A stretch of DNA of 64,000 nucleotides from Zancudomyces culisetae HAW-14-8 (taxonomy: Eukaryota > Fungi > Kickxellomycota): the NCBI GenBank assembly GCA_052426225.1, contig JBNJNM010000008.1, forward strand, positions 310,001 through 374,000, read 5' to 3'. Below the pieces are notes generated by a model. The model saw only the letters and a list, made by a program, of their open reading frames with translations. It was not told where the DNA came from and did not search any database. A program made the translations under genes and the position numbers. Below are positions 36,345 to 50,039 of this stretch, one piece after another; within the stretch, counting starts at the first letter, position 1; the number at the start of each line of letters is the position of its first letter.

Positions 36345-37145
36345 TCATGCCTCGCCATTTTGGCGCGCCCGCCGATTTCTTTTGGGCATAGAGAACTTAA
36401 GTGGCTCTAATTTGTTTTGCTCATCCTTAAACACCTTGTTTTGTAGGAAAGTACCTAAAATGGCTATCAAGAGCCATGCTCCCAGCATACTCCAGGCCGC
36501 ATTTGTCTTTAGGTATTCAGCCTTGTTGTCCCATTTTTGGAGAACCACTGTGTAGATACCTGTTTTTGCAAACACATCAACTCCTGTGACGAAAAACATC
36601 GCACCCCAGAAGGTTGAACCCAAAAGATACGCAGCCTTCTCCAAAAATATTATTGCTACAAATATACCAGAAAGCACGGTCAGGTATATAAAAGTTATCC
36701 AGTTGTTGGTAAAAAGAAAGGTGTTGGCTTGACACAGTATGAATTTTGCAATGGCATATCCTGTCAATGCACCAGTACTCGCGTAACCAAGCGCTGGGAT
36801 AAACACAAAAGCAACAGCTGCACACAACGCTATGATCATTGTAACTGATGGAACTGCTCCATTGTTATAGCTGGTCGCAATCTGATATCCAAGTGCTGAT
36901 AATAATTGTTCTAGTTATAAATACATTTGCATTTGGTTTTAGTTACTTTCACTTTAATTGCACTTTTGCTGGTTGGTATTTTGTATAGATTTATTTTTTT
37001 TAGGTGATAAATACTTACGTGAGATAAAATACCCCGCAATAAAGTAGGTAATCCGAAAGAATTTATTCGAGAGGAAAGTCACAAACAAGCCTCCTGGAAT
37101 TAGCAATATGACTGCCAGTACTATATCTGCTACAACCGTGCCCAT
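36345..37145 (-). CDS. Multi-pass membrane protein, DUF4203/TMEM198-like (2 exons, intron ~37018-36911)
   Basis: ORFs 36954..37145 and 36345..36839 join in frame via gtaagt...ctag. About 7 hydrophobic segments, with FFRITYFIAGY and STFWGAMFFVTGVDVF motifs. Confidence 0.7.
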
Positions 37146-39477
37146 TATCGTCTTAATTAATACTATTTATGTGTCTTGATTTATAAAAGTAATACTGATG
37201 TTCCCGATATTAAAGGATTCGCAATAATTTACTCTATGGTATGTCCAAAAAGAAAAAAGGATAGTCGGTATGAGGTTGGTTGCTTTTTTCCTTTTGAAAT
37301 TATATTTTGTACGGTGAAAAATAAAAAAGTATATAAAAAAGGGTATACTTTTCTAAATATTAGCGCTTATATTGTTAGAGTACGGTGTAACTAATTCTGT
37401 GTTTAAGAATCAAAGCTTTGGATGCTAAAGCTGTTCAAGTCCGTATTTATAAGTCTTTTTTTTTGGCATACAATACCTTTTGGCTACTAGAATGTTATTA
37501 AGGGATTGGTACCAACAGGGACAAGTACTAGTGTTGCATACCCAAATCATTTCCTAAAGAAAAAAAGAATAAACAATATTTTCCATTATTTTGTAACTTT
37601 ATTAGATCTCTGCATTGCCATTCCCTAAATAATCAAGTTCCTAGCTGAGGACATGATTATGGCTATGTTTATCATTTCTATTATTCTTATTATTTATTTT
37701 TAGACAATTTAGCAAGCCTTTATTCTATATCAAATTTATCATCGAACTTTTACTTCTCACCCTACTAGTAACGGGTTTTCGATATTATTTAAAGAAATGG
37801 CAGTGTATTCTTTAAAGCATTTTTTGAAAACATACAAAGAAAATAAAAATTCAAGAAAAACGAATAGTAAACATACACTATAATATTTGTATACATATTT
37901 TTTTTTTCCTTTTAAACAATAAGTGGGTGTATAGAGAATTGGTATGATTTGCAAACCCACGCCATTATACCCTAGTTCACACTAACAAATACTGATTAAC
38001 TATATTGTATATACGTCAAATAATTCACATTGTTTCTGTGAATTAATTTAGCTCGTATCCAAATATCTGTATCTCATTTTGCCATAGTCATTTTTAATCG
38101 TGCACAATTGGCATTTTTTCAGAGCCTCTTGGAAAAAAAAATCAATCACGAGTATACCTGTTTATTCTTTTCCCTTATTCTTATTCCTTTTTTTATTCTT
38201 CAAAGTTTTGTCACTTGGTTTTTTTTATCAACAGTTTGTTTTAATATTCTTTCGTCCTCATATTTGTATAATAACAACAAAAGTGATTGTTACAAACCCG
38301 ATATATCCATTGTACTTTTTCATATCTTTTATGTATTCGGACAAAAATTACTTTTCAATAAATGTGTTTTAATTGTTGTTATTCGTCTCTGTAAATCGTT
38401 GGGTTCTCTTTGCCTTATTCTTTTTTGATCACCATCCACAAAAAAAAAATAAAGATGGAAAGCTAAGCTATGCAATTGTTTCGCATCTCTATTTTTTGTT
38501 CCGGAAGATGTTGGTTTCTTTTCTGGGCAATACGCGGCACCTCTCCGCGATTCAAATTAGTTTTTCATTATTTAACTGCTAAGCTCAAAGGTGGATGTCT
38601 ACATGACACAAGTTTTTTTTATGCAAATAAGAACAATTAGCCGCATTCAGTAAAAGCGCTTTCTCGCCAGTATAATGTATCACGGTTATACTTCTTTTCA
38701 TCCGTTTGACGGCACACAAATATCATCAAACTGAAAAAAGTAATAAGGGGCGGGAAAGAGACAAAGCTATATATCTGCCCATGTAGATTGGTTTCATTCT
38801 GATGGCAAAAGGAAATCTGCCTTTTTTGCTTTAAATCTTTTTGGTTTTTTTGTGCCTGGTTACATCGGCATGTCTGGCGCATAAAGTTTAAGCGATATAA
38901 GCGCCTAAAATTTAGTGTAATAAAGTACCTATTGTTGCTATTACTTAGATGTAAAACTAGCGAAGGGTAGAAACACAAAATGCTAAGATTCTCGCCAACT
39001 GTATCAAAAGCATATATTTTTATTTAGTTTTTTTTTTTTCATTTACTCTGGGGTTTTAAAGTGTTTTGTGTTTAGGTTTAATGCGAATTATTTTTATTTG
39101 GTTATTTAGTTGTTTATTCATTCGGCTTGGCCTTATTTTTAATGTTGAATGCGCGAAGGTGGTAGTATACATAGGTAGTGATATTTTCGGTAATTCTAGA
39201 AGTTGTGTCATTATATGCGAAGTTTTAAAGGAAATGAGGATTAGGGTATACAGTCGAGTTTTATACAGCCAGGTTATTAACCTGTTGTTTTAGTTTTTTT
39301 TAAAATTATTTTCTGATATTTTCCGTTATTTTTTTTGTTATGATCCATATTTTAAAATTCGATTGAAAGGTTTGTAGGAAGGTGTAGCGGGAGTTTAGAG
39401 GAGATATTAAAAGAATGTAAAGCATAGTAGGTGTTTAGGGTGATGCTAATTAGTGGATATAACACTATAATTGCAGA

Positions 39478-39590
39478 GTCGTTACAGTCGTTGCAGTATT
39501 TACAGTAGTTACAGTCATTACAATATTTACAGTCGTTACAATCATCAAATGGTTACAATCATTCAGCAGTTACAGTAGTTATCGTTACAG
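39478..39590. repeat. Degenerate 9-bp minisatellite (GTCGTTACA-like)
   Basis: Seven contiguous units at 39478-39540 plus scattered partial units. Confidence 0.8.
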
Positions 39591-41091
39591 TGGCTATGTT
39601 TACTTTTTTTTTACACGTTCTGTTCACTTTTTTTTACAAGAGCAGCCTTTACAAATATCGACTTAGAACCATGCCAGATGCTCTATGTCGTTTTGGTATT
39701 GCGCCGCTATACTCTGTACACTTTTGTAGGATTGTCTGTTTTGTTACATAATGAGCGCTATATTCAAGGTGAAGGGGAGAGGAAGTTTCATAATGCAAGG
39801 CGTTTGAGAGATTCGTTAGTACATTAGGGATACATGGTTTTATTCAGAGTGCATACTACACCCTGTTTACAAATCGTGACTTGTAGCTCATAAAGAAATT
39901 TTGAAATCGGAAAGGCGATGAAGGAATAAGGAAGGAAGAGTTGTATATTGATACATTAAAGTGGATTGAAGCCATCCCTTTTATATAAAATTCATTAAGC
40001 TGGCCTCAAGTAACCTCTATATTCAAAAGAAAAAAAATAAACACTGTGTATAGTAATATAGTCTTGAAAAAATCCTTAGTAAGCAAAAAATCGTATCTTT
40101 TCTATGCCAGAATATCTTTATAATATTTTCAAAAGGATAGTGGGAATACAGGTATGTTTATACAGACAATAACGTGATACAGGCAGAAAAAAAGTATCAA
40201 CAATGAAACCGTGTCTCTAATATTATATAAGCACAAGTATATTAGCAACCTTAATAGCCGCAAAAAACAATGGCGTACCGAGTTTAACAAAACGATGTAT
40301 AAAAAAGATAAACCTACTTAGTACTCTGTTGTAAAGCGCATACTATCTAGGGTAAATTGGCTATAAAGAGAGCGAGATGCATAAAAATGTACTATTGTTT
40401 TTTTTGCAAGTTCACATCAGAATCTTCAGCAAAAAACGCCTTGTGGATAAATTGGAATACAATAAGCGTGAAATAAACGGAAAATAGACTCCGATATGTA
40501 CATACAAATTCGGGCTTTTAGTAGTTCTAGTCCTTTCAAATCAATTAGTTTTACCAACCGGATTGAAATCACCAATACTTTTTCCCTTGTCGATTATGGT
40601 ATTTTACTCCTCTTTAAAAAAAACCACGTGAAAAGAAAATAGACCTATCTGACATCCATCTCTTTGCACGCAGAGAAGGTAGCAACTCCCAATAGTAGAA
40701 AATACTCATTGTTATGGGTAGTGCATAATAACTTTAACAAATCAGCAAATGGTGAACAATCAACACTTCTTATAATAAATAACAGACATTTTTTTCCTGG
40801 TATTGAAAATACAAATCGCCTGTCTTGTTTTTAATAATCAAAAGTGATTCTACTTTCAAAAGAGTTTTATCTTAAGCATTTATTTTTCTTTGTTTTATGC
40901 CAGTGAAAAAATCGAAATAATAATATTATTAATACCATTAATGACGATGATAATATGACGGAAAACACCTGCTACACAGCTGAATACAATCCCCAAAATA
41001 AATCAACAGATGTGTGTAGTTAATCAAAGAATTGCCATTTATGGCTAAATCCTGCGCTAAAAGCCATCAAACTTACAAAAAACAAGAAGGT

Positions 41092-42538
41092 CTATTCAAC
41101 TGACTTTTCATACAGTGTTTTTCTGGCTTGAGTGGAGCTCATCTTCTCTAATACTCCAACTTTCTCGTTGATTCCATTTTCAGTAAACCCGATAAGCTCA
41201 ATCGAAACAATATTCATGAGCTGCATACCTTTTTCTTTGCGGATATCGTTTGCTAATAGGTAAATCAAATGTATTACAGCTTTTCTACAAAGTGTGAGAT
41301 GAAAAATTCAAATGAACAATGGTGTTTTTATTAGCGAGAAAAATACCTTTGTCGCATCCAGCAAGTGTCTCTTTGGAGACCACTAGCGTATCTATGGTTT
41401 CATCCACAACTATTGGGCCAAACGGGTCGTAAAGTGGTACAAGCTAGGTTTTCCATAATTCAGGTAAATGAATGAATCAATATTTTTCGACCTCCTTTTT
41501 TTACTTGGGATGACATCATCCAGTAGAAAATCTAAAAATAAAAAATCCCCCTCGTGTAAAGAGGTATACTCTTACATTGTAATCAACCCCTTTTCTAATA
41601 CATTCGAGAAACTCCAAGACTCTTGCCTTTCTTTCATCATATGGTTCTAAGAATTCCTTGTACTTCTTGTTAACCAACAATACATCGCCTATAGTGGGTT
41701 TGTACACGTGCATTCACTTCAGCTTTTGCAGTTAGCTTTACAAAACATGAAAATCATATACCGATAGCACAGAGTAAAAATAACAATAAATTTAGTTATT
41801 ATTTTTTACTTGTAAGACCGCAGGTAACCTTAGAGTTTGCACAGTAGGCTGTCATTGACAAAAGAATCTTATGGCCTATGTGAATATGATCAAAGGTGCC
41901 ACCAACTGCAACATGGCTACCAAAACCTGAGAAGTAGTCATGTGTGGATATGCTTGAAATCAAGGTAGTATCCATAGTGTTATGAGCTTCTTTATCAACT
42001 GCTTCGATACAATAATATTGTGTTGTATATTCTTCTAGGGCTTCTATTTCACAAAACACATTTCTTATATTCTTTAACAAATTCAAATACCTTTTTCTGC
42101 AAGATTCTATAAACATGAACAGAAATATATAGTAAGTCAAGTAAATATGAGCTTACCTGAATTTAGAACAATGGCTGATTTAGAGACTTTGTCGATTTTT
42201 CCTGTTGATAGATACCTGCTCCCTTCAATCCACACGACATTAAATTCCAAATCTTCTCTACCACATTTTATTGCCTTTGTTAAACAGGTAATGTAAAAGA
42301 AGGAAAGTATATTCTGAAGTCCCGCCCATGCCTTAGAGAAGCTAGAAAAATCCTTTTTGATGAAATCCAACTCACAAAAGCCTCTTCCATCTGAAAACCC
42401 CGCCAAATCGTCAGGGTGGATTGAAAAGAGCAGCATTATGCCCTTTTCCGAGCTACGAATCTCGTTACCAATGACATAATCGAATGAACTTAGTTTCTCA
42501 TTCCTTTGTCCTTTTAAATCAAAGTAGCAGTATCTCAT
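41092..42538 (-). CDS. CAB4: Phosphopantetheine adenylyltransferase (CoA synthesis), 5 exons
   Basis: HIGH-type motif VAVGGTFDHIHIGHKILL, then LLVNKKYKEFLEPYDER, LYDPFGP....DTLVVSKETLAG..|ANDIRKEKGM and KMSST. All four introns are GT-AG and keep the frame. Confidence 0.9.
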
Positions 42539-44034
42539 GTTGTCTCGAGTTTTAGCTTGAAGAAGAAAAAAAGGTGGGAAGCCTACAATCAAATCAACCT
42601 GAAACACCCTGTTAGTGTTGTACCCATTTTGTATTTACATTTTCGCACCAGTGATTCGTCCACCCATTTTTGTTCTTTCTGAGATTATTTCACTAACACG
42701 TGCTATTTGAATCCAATTTTCTGTTTCCGCCATCTTAGCTGGGTATTCCCGTTGGCTGCATGAAACGTTCTGGACAGATAAGAACAAAAAGAACCTTAAG
42801 GTGTTTTGTGATCTTGATAAAGCTGATATCTGTGTGTAGTGATGTCGATTTATGTTTTTGAGCTTTTTTGCAAAGATGTATTGGTAGCGGTATAGCTGGA
42901 AAAGGGGACACGTACCAAGTATACACGTTGGTTTGTTATGAGTTGTACTGGATACATTGGGCTCATCAAGCAGAAAAGTAAAAACAAGTATAGGTATTTT
43001 TTATTTGGATATGATGCTATGCAAGGCATTATTACCTGGCTATGCACTACGACTCTCCAATATTATCAACACTCCAAGTCTACGACTATCCACAGAGAGC
43101 CATCCCGGTATAACAAGAAGATGTAGTTGTGCAAGCCGGAGGCCAAATCACATTTAGTTGCGCATTGTATTGGTTTAGATTTACAAAAGAAAGAAAAACG
43201 GAGATACTTAGTTTTTCCCCGCATTCACCCAAAAACCGCACTTGCACACATGAAATAAAAAAAATACATTTGGGGAGTGGCGCCTAAAGAGATTGTCACA
43301 CACTTTTTTTTTTAGTCTCTTTTTGCAGGTTGGTCCTGCCAAAACAACTTTGAAATTACATGCTTCTACTTTCGGTTATCCCTATAAAATTAAGTAGAAC
43401 GTGATGCAGGGGAGGGTGTGTGTGTGTGTACTGGCTAGGAAGTAGAGCCGGGGATGTAATATCCTAGGTTCTAGAACCAGTGTGTCCGATACATATCCGG
43501 TTTTTTACTATACCGTTTTTACTTTAAAAGGTTTTTTTGATTTATTCAAGAAAACATACACTAACAGCGCAACGTTTTTGAGTGTTTAGGATTCCCAAAC
43601 TTTGGTAATGAGAAAATACACAGATACTTTCGTCCTATTATGCTGGTACAAGCACGATTATATTTCAACTATTGGTTTTCCGGGTTAAGAGTATTTGTGG
43701 GCTGCCTTAACCCAAGTAAGGCCTAGATATAGCGGTTATTAAACTTTACTCTTTTCTTGTGTAACTGAGAGCAATATATTCTGAAAAAGCACAAGTGAGG
43801 TCACAAAAGGTTTGTGGAATTTTTTCAAAGAACCTTACTCCAGAACAAAAGATGGTACTGATGCAACCACAAAAGCATGATAACGACTTTACTTTATTCA
43901 TTTCGGTTTTGCTATACGGGGAACGGATAAAATATATATAAAGGTGCATCTGTACATATGAAATGTTATGTTTATTAGCTCATCATCAAACTATAGTTGG
44001 TAGAGTTGAGAATATTAATTTATTAGTGTGATAT

Positions 44035-45374
44035 ATGAAAATGATTGCTAATGGTATAATAAAATTCTTTTTTATTGGGCTGCTTGGTATAACTGTATGC
44101 GCACAAGAATTGCCAAAAATACCCATATCAACACAATCATGCACTGAAATCGTAACAAGAAAAGAAATTACAAGAATGACACCTGATGAGTGGAACGCAT
44201 TCACGGCGGCAGTTACAGAAATGCACAACAGGGGATGGATGGCTGGCTTGGCCCGAATTCATAACACGTATGCAAGCGACATACATGGAAATGGTATATT
44301 CTTTCCTTGGCATCGAAGGTTTTTGATACATATACAAAGCTTGCTATATATAATTAACCCAAAAGTTGTCCTGCCATATTGGGTAAGTTGCTATAATTAC
44401 TTGCTAATACTCATTCCAAAAGTTTATAAGGCTGAGGTAGAATGAAACTTATTGTTGTATATTTAAACTAGGACTGGACAATAGACTGGGACGCCCCAGA
44501 AAACGGTAGGGTACTATCGAATTCTTACTTTGGTGGAAATGGTGACCTAGCAGATCAGTGCCTAAGAAGCGGATTCCAATCTGGGTGGATGAGAACAGTG
44601 CCTAGTGATTCGTGTATAACTAGAAAATATGTAAATGGAAACACACCTGGCCCATTTTGGCCGATGGAGGCGCTTGTTAGGCTGATTTCAACGACAAATG
44701 ACTATTATGAGTATTCAAAAGGAATAGAAAATGGATCACACGGAGTGGTGCACGTTGGGGTGGGAGCAGATTTTATGGAAATGTGGGCGCCAAATGAGTA
44801 AGTTTTCAACTTTTTATGAATCTACCTTAATACAATACATTTTATCAAGAGTTTTGAACAAAAAAAGAACTTAAAAACAGCTAAAAATAGTATTAAAAAG
44901 TTGATGATATTAACAACACAATAACCTCTTTTTACAAATAGTATGCTCTTTTTTATGCATCATGGAATGGTAGATAAACTCTGGTTGCTATGGGAAAATC
45001 AAAACTCTGCGAGGTTTTCCCAGATGAGTGGTAGTGGGCCACAGGGAACAACTATGTCCTTGGATTCAAACATGCCCTACTACAACGAGCCCGTAAGTGT
45101 GGTGATGAGACCAACAGATCCTGGAAACTGCTTTACCTATGATGACCTTGCTACTGACCAGAACCGCATTTCTACGTTTGCTTCAACAGGACGATTTAAT
45201 TCGACCATATCCTCAAACGTCGCGGGCTCCGAAAAAATGGCAAGCAAAAAACTTGTTGTTCCTAGACTTGTGGTGCATGATATGGGCTCGCTATTCAAGT
45301 ATGACATGGTCTATGTAAACAAAATGAACGATTTTGTACGAGATACAGTGCACATGATGCAAGAACAGTTGTGA
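44035..45374 (+). CDS. Secreted tyrosinase / type-3 copper oxidase, 368 aa (exons 44035-44382, 44472-44797, 44942-45374)
   Basis: Signal-peptide-like N-terminus, RKEI..MTPDEW, CuA site IHNTYASDIHGNGIFFPWHRRF, LPYW|DWT, and CuB site SHGVVHVGVG...APND|MLFFMHHGMVDKLW. Confidence 0.92.
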
Positions 45375-46110
45375 TAGCTGTTTTGTATTTTTTCGCATTT
45401 TTTTTCTCTTTCACCCTTATCTTCTGTGTAAATTCTAGTTTTTCATGTCAGGTTTTGAATATATAGTATTTGTTTATATATTCTAGAAGCCGGTTAGTAA
45501 ATAAATGTAAATATGTATATAATCCTACTGAGTGTATAGTCGTTAAATAGGTATGGATTGTCGGTAGTTGATGTAGACAACAATAGTAATAGTAATAATA
45601 GTAGTACCAATAGTACCAATATAAAATACGTGGTCGAGGAATGCTAGCGACAACTAGCAACTATGTTATATGAGTGTTCAACAGAATCCGCATAATCCAA
45701 GTTCACAAAATTGTGGTCAATATCCTGAATAAACTGGCTGAGGTACATCTATCAACTTAAAGGACAAATGTGACTATATAATTGACATTGCGCAATGATA
45801 ACAAAAAAAACTAGCCATTAGAGGAAACCTTGATTGATTTCCAAGATCAAACATGCAATGCTGTGTCTTTGGACCTGAGCGAACAATGAAGTTGGTGAAT
45901 AATGCACGTATGACATTTGTCTGTTTATATTGAACTTTCAATAATTAAGCCACAAGTTATTATTAACTTGTGTATTAGATTTTACTGTAGGAACAGGGAT
46001 AAATGGTAGAGTCATAAAAGTACTACCAAAAAAAAAGAAAATAACACAAACGAGATATTAACTCCATAATAAGACTTTTGCAAAATGTAGGTCTATTTCG
46101 TGGCATATGG

Positions 46111-47840
46111 TCAAACCTCGGAGATACATGTCCAGCCCTCCCGACTAAAGTTTGGTGGCGCCCATCTACAAAAGTACAGGGGTATTTAATACAAGCTAGG
46201 TATGAAAAAACACCCTTTCCCTCCATTCTCTATAAAACACATTAAAAACTTACAATTGAAGAAGTCGATCAGGATCTGGATTGCTTTCAGAGCACAGGGC
46301 GTTGGGTAGTAGTGTTTCGATAACTTTATACATAAACTCGGGTTTGTAGTCTGGCTCTTCGGCTATTGAATAAAACAAAAAAGTTAGAAGGTTTTCCTAA
46401 CCCAGATAGACATAGGGCTTGACCCAATAAATATTATAAGCGCAGAAGAAATGAAATCAGGGAAAGATAGGCATAGCGAGGTAAAAAAAATAGTTACCAT
46501 CATTTTTGGGTTTAATAAAATCAAAAACGCAATCAGGACTTCGCTGGTGCCGCATTTCAAGTTCGCCATGTGCTCTAAAAATTAAACAAGTTAGTTTTGA
46601 CTTGCAAAAGTACCTCGACGGAAGTTTTGCAATCTGGTTGTTCGGGTGTTTTTTGATCCAGCAGAAATTCTCTACATACTTTAGCTTCCATGAATTTTCG
46701 GCCAACTCAAATAGCCGTGGAAAAAGTTCCTTTTCGGACCAGATAAACACAAAGCCACCCGGGCATACTAGCTTGGATACGGGTATGTTTCTTAAAAGAG
46801 ATATTTGCATTTTGGAATTTTTTTGCTGAGGGTTTCCGCTGAGCTCACCAGGAATAAGGAGCTGCGGATCCATATATATTGCATGATATGTTCTCTCAAA
46901 TGATGACCAATCAAAATCTACAACGCTTGGGCATGTTAAGCTTCTCGAGTACTGTGGTATCTTGTCTTTTTTTGAGGCTCGAATGGTTTTGGCCCATGAA
47001 AGAGGGATTGGATCTGGTGGTATTCTAATGTAAGTTGGCATGAATGGGTTGATCATATTTACTTTGCGTTTGACATAGAATGTTCTACCGCTTTGGTCCT
47101 TTAATTTGATTTGCATGTACTTGTATCGTTGAAGGATCTGCTCCCTCAATCCCAATTTTTCTCCCTTTTGTACTAGTTTTCTACCCTTGGATTTATTTTT
47201 GCTGAAAACTCCAAACTCTTCGTCCCACATATCATTGTCATCAAAGTTGTAATAATCACTATTGTGCGTTTTTATAGTATAGTTATGTTAATTGACTCTC
47301 TTTCATAACCCACTTTTAGTTTAAAAAATATCAAGATAACATCGAAGCTACTGTATTTATATATAAACTTACTCTTCTTCTTCAAACTCTGCTGTATCGC
47401 CATCGAATTCTGCCCTCCAAAGCTCGACGTCATTCAACACCTCGATATCTTCGTCATTCATCATTGCTCCCTTAACGGTAAATGCACTAGTTCTTTTGAA
47501 AACCTCTAGCAAAACATCTTCAGGAAGCCCCTCCTCGCCCCCTTCTTCTTTTTTTTCAAGAGAGACTTCAGCCTCCTGTTCCGGCTCTCCATCCTTCTTT
47601 TTTTTGTGCTCATGCTCCGCTTTAATACTGTCCAGTTCTTCAAACTTTTTCATTATGGCTTCGATTGATTCGTCATCTTCTACATAACCTACAAAGTACT
47701 GAGAGCTAGAAAAAATTCCGAAAAAAAGCATGGATTAATATTTTTCTTGTGATACAAGCCTAAATCTATAACATCAAAAACAAAAATGTGGGTTACCTGA
47801 TCTCTTTTTTCTGCTTGTTCCTCCCCCTAGTCTGACGCAT
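46111..47840 (-). CDS. MT-A70-family N6-adenine methyltransferase-like protein with degenerate motif IV (DPQL); likely the MTA9/AMT6-7-type partner subunit; 5 exons
   Basis: Spliced MRQTRGRNKQKKEI|SSQYFVGYVEDDESIEAIMKKFEEL...YHAIYMDPQL...GFVFIWSEK..WKLKYVENFCWIK...KSKLTCLIFR...RHQRSPDCVFDF...KPEFMYKVIETLLP...RLLQ|LWA...REGWT. This is the MT-A70 motif order. Confidence 0.85.
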
Positions 47841-48693
47841 TTTCGAATCAATTACCCAATTTATGGCTTTTGTTTCTTCTCTACTAATTATTTTTTGGTA
47901 TTTAAGCGCATTAAATTCCAAGGAAATTTTGATTCTATACCGATTCTTTTTTTTAGTTAAATCCGTTATATATGGTTCTATATTCTTTAGTACTCCATAA
48001 AAAGCGAAATGAAAGAGACAAATAAACCTGTGTATAAACGTAGATTCAACACGGAATACGATTGGCTATGGCTATTTACAATTTAGCTTTTCTCTGTTTA
48101 TTTTATGATTTGCAAATCGAGTTGATTATTTACCTTTAAACCCAAACATAAGCCCAAGTTATGTGTCTTTTTTTGTAAATTCATTTTTTATCAAACACAC
48201 AAACCTAGGTCAGGTCTCCTGTATTCATAGAACATTCGGAATGTTGATTTTTTTATGTGCCCACCTTCATTCGCCTGTGTGCTCTGGCTAAGCTTTTCTC
48301 AAGGTGTATGATTTAAGCAAATGCAACAGCCAATAAAAACAATAGCTAATTTTTTAAAAAAATAGCGAATTAAATAACACAGTTCAATGCAAGGATAAAG
48401 ATCCAATTTTCATGTGGACAACAAACACCCTTGTTACAAAAGCATTTTAGGGAGTAAATTAAGCTGACTTTTTTCTTTAATTACGACAGGCCCGATTTTA
48501 AGATTTTTCATGTGCGAAAAAAGCAAGGTTTTATATTTTGGTTCCAAATGTATAACAAATTGAAATGTTTATTAACACATGCAGGTTTGAGTTGATTCTA
48601 AAAATTTCTATATAAAATGGTAAAAGGGAGCATCCAGTCACTGAGATAAGGATAAAAAAATATCTTGCAAATACAAGTTTCGATAAAAAAAAA

Positions 48694-50039
48694 ATGAGTC
48701 CAAGTTTGAAAGGAAAGGTTTTGTTTATTACGGGAGCATCCAGGTAACACAACCATATTTCATATTTATACCACGGAATTATATATTTCCAAAGCCATAC
48801 ATATGTAACCCGATCTAGACTTCCATTTTTTCCTGGGCTAAGCTATAAATTTTGCTATTTTAGGGGTATTGGTGAGGCTATTGCACTTAAAGCAGCTAAA
48901 GATGGTGCAAAGATTGCAGTTGTGGCCAAAACCACCGAGCCACACCCAACTGTAAGTAAAACGGGTTGTGTTTTCAATAGAAAGATGCTCATTTTCTGAT
49001 TCCTAAAATTACCTTTTTTTCATTTGTAACTCACAGGTTTGTGTGTCATACTTGTTTTTTTACATATTACTAATGTCAACTTCACAACTTAGCTTCCAGG
49101 TACAATCTACACTGTTGTCGAACAGATAAAAAAGCTAGGTGGTGATGCCATACCAATAAAATGTGACATTAGGGACGAAAAACAGGTAGAACAGGCCATC
49201 AAGAAGACTGTTGAGACATTTGGTGGAATCGATATTGTGATAAATAATGGTAGGTTGTCTTTATTGAAGGCTCAAACACCTTTTCAAAATATATTTGGCA
49301 CCATTAAGATGTTTGGGGAAAAAAGCAACAAAGGATAAAGTTTTTTATTATTTTTCTTGTATTCACCATGTTCGTTTCTGATCGTGTGGCAAAGAATATT
49401 AGGTGTAATTGGGTCTAATTGCTAACAACATCAAAAATATCTATAATAGCATCTGCAATAAATATCACTGATACTGAGAACATGACTTTATCAAGATATG
49501 ACTTGCTGCAATCCATAAATGCGAGAGGCGCCTGGGTTGTCTCTAAGTACGCAATCCCATATTTAAAAAAAGCAAAGAATCCGCATATTCTCACTTTATC
49601 ACCACCACTTTCTATGGACCCCCACTGGTTCAATGGCAGAACCGCGTACACTATGTCCAAATATGGAATGTCCATGACCGTCCTTGGTCTTTCCGCAGAG
49701 TTAGAAAAGTATGGTATAGGTGTCAATGCTTTGTGGCCACTAACAACAATTGGAACAGCTGCGCTTATTATTGTAAGAAAGACAAACCCAGACCTAATCA
49801 ACAGAACTCCAGAGATAATGGCTGATGCTGCGCATGTTATTTTGACCAGCAACTCTAAGGAGTGTACCGGAAACTTCTTTATTGACGAGGTTGTATTGAG
49901 AGAGTACGGCGTTCGAGATTTTTCCAAATATATCGAAACTCCAGGAACCACTGATGCTGATATGACACTTGATGGCTACATCGAAGAGTCCACTTTGAAG
50001 CACCTCGCACATTTGCGAAACATACAAAGCAGGCTCTAG
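48694..50039 (+). CDS. HSDL2: Hydroxysteroid dehydrogenase-like 2 short-chain dehydrogenase with peroxisomal PTS1 (SRL), 4 exons
   Basis: LFITGASR|GIGEAIALKAAKDGAKIAVVAKTTEPHPT|LPGTIY, IDIVINN|ASAI, HILTLSPPL, AYTMSKYGMS (YxxxK), and a C-terminal SRL. Confidence 0.92.

Noticed and set aside
43448-43507. Imperfect 10-bp hairpin followed by a T-run (other 8-bp inverted repeats near 43682-43713 and 53611-53641)
   Set aside because: Short stems of this kind are expected by chance; no A/B boxes or known RNA family features.
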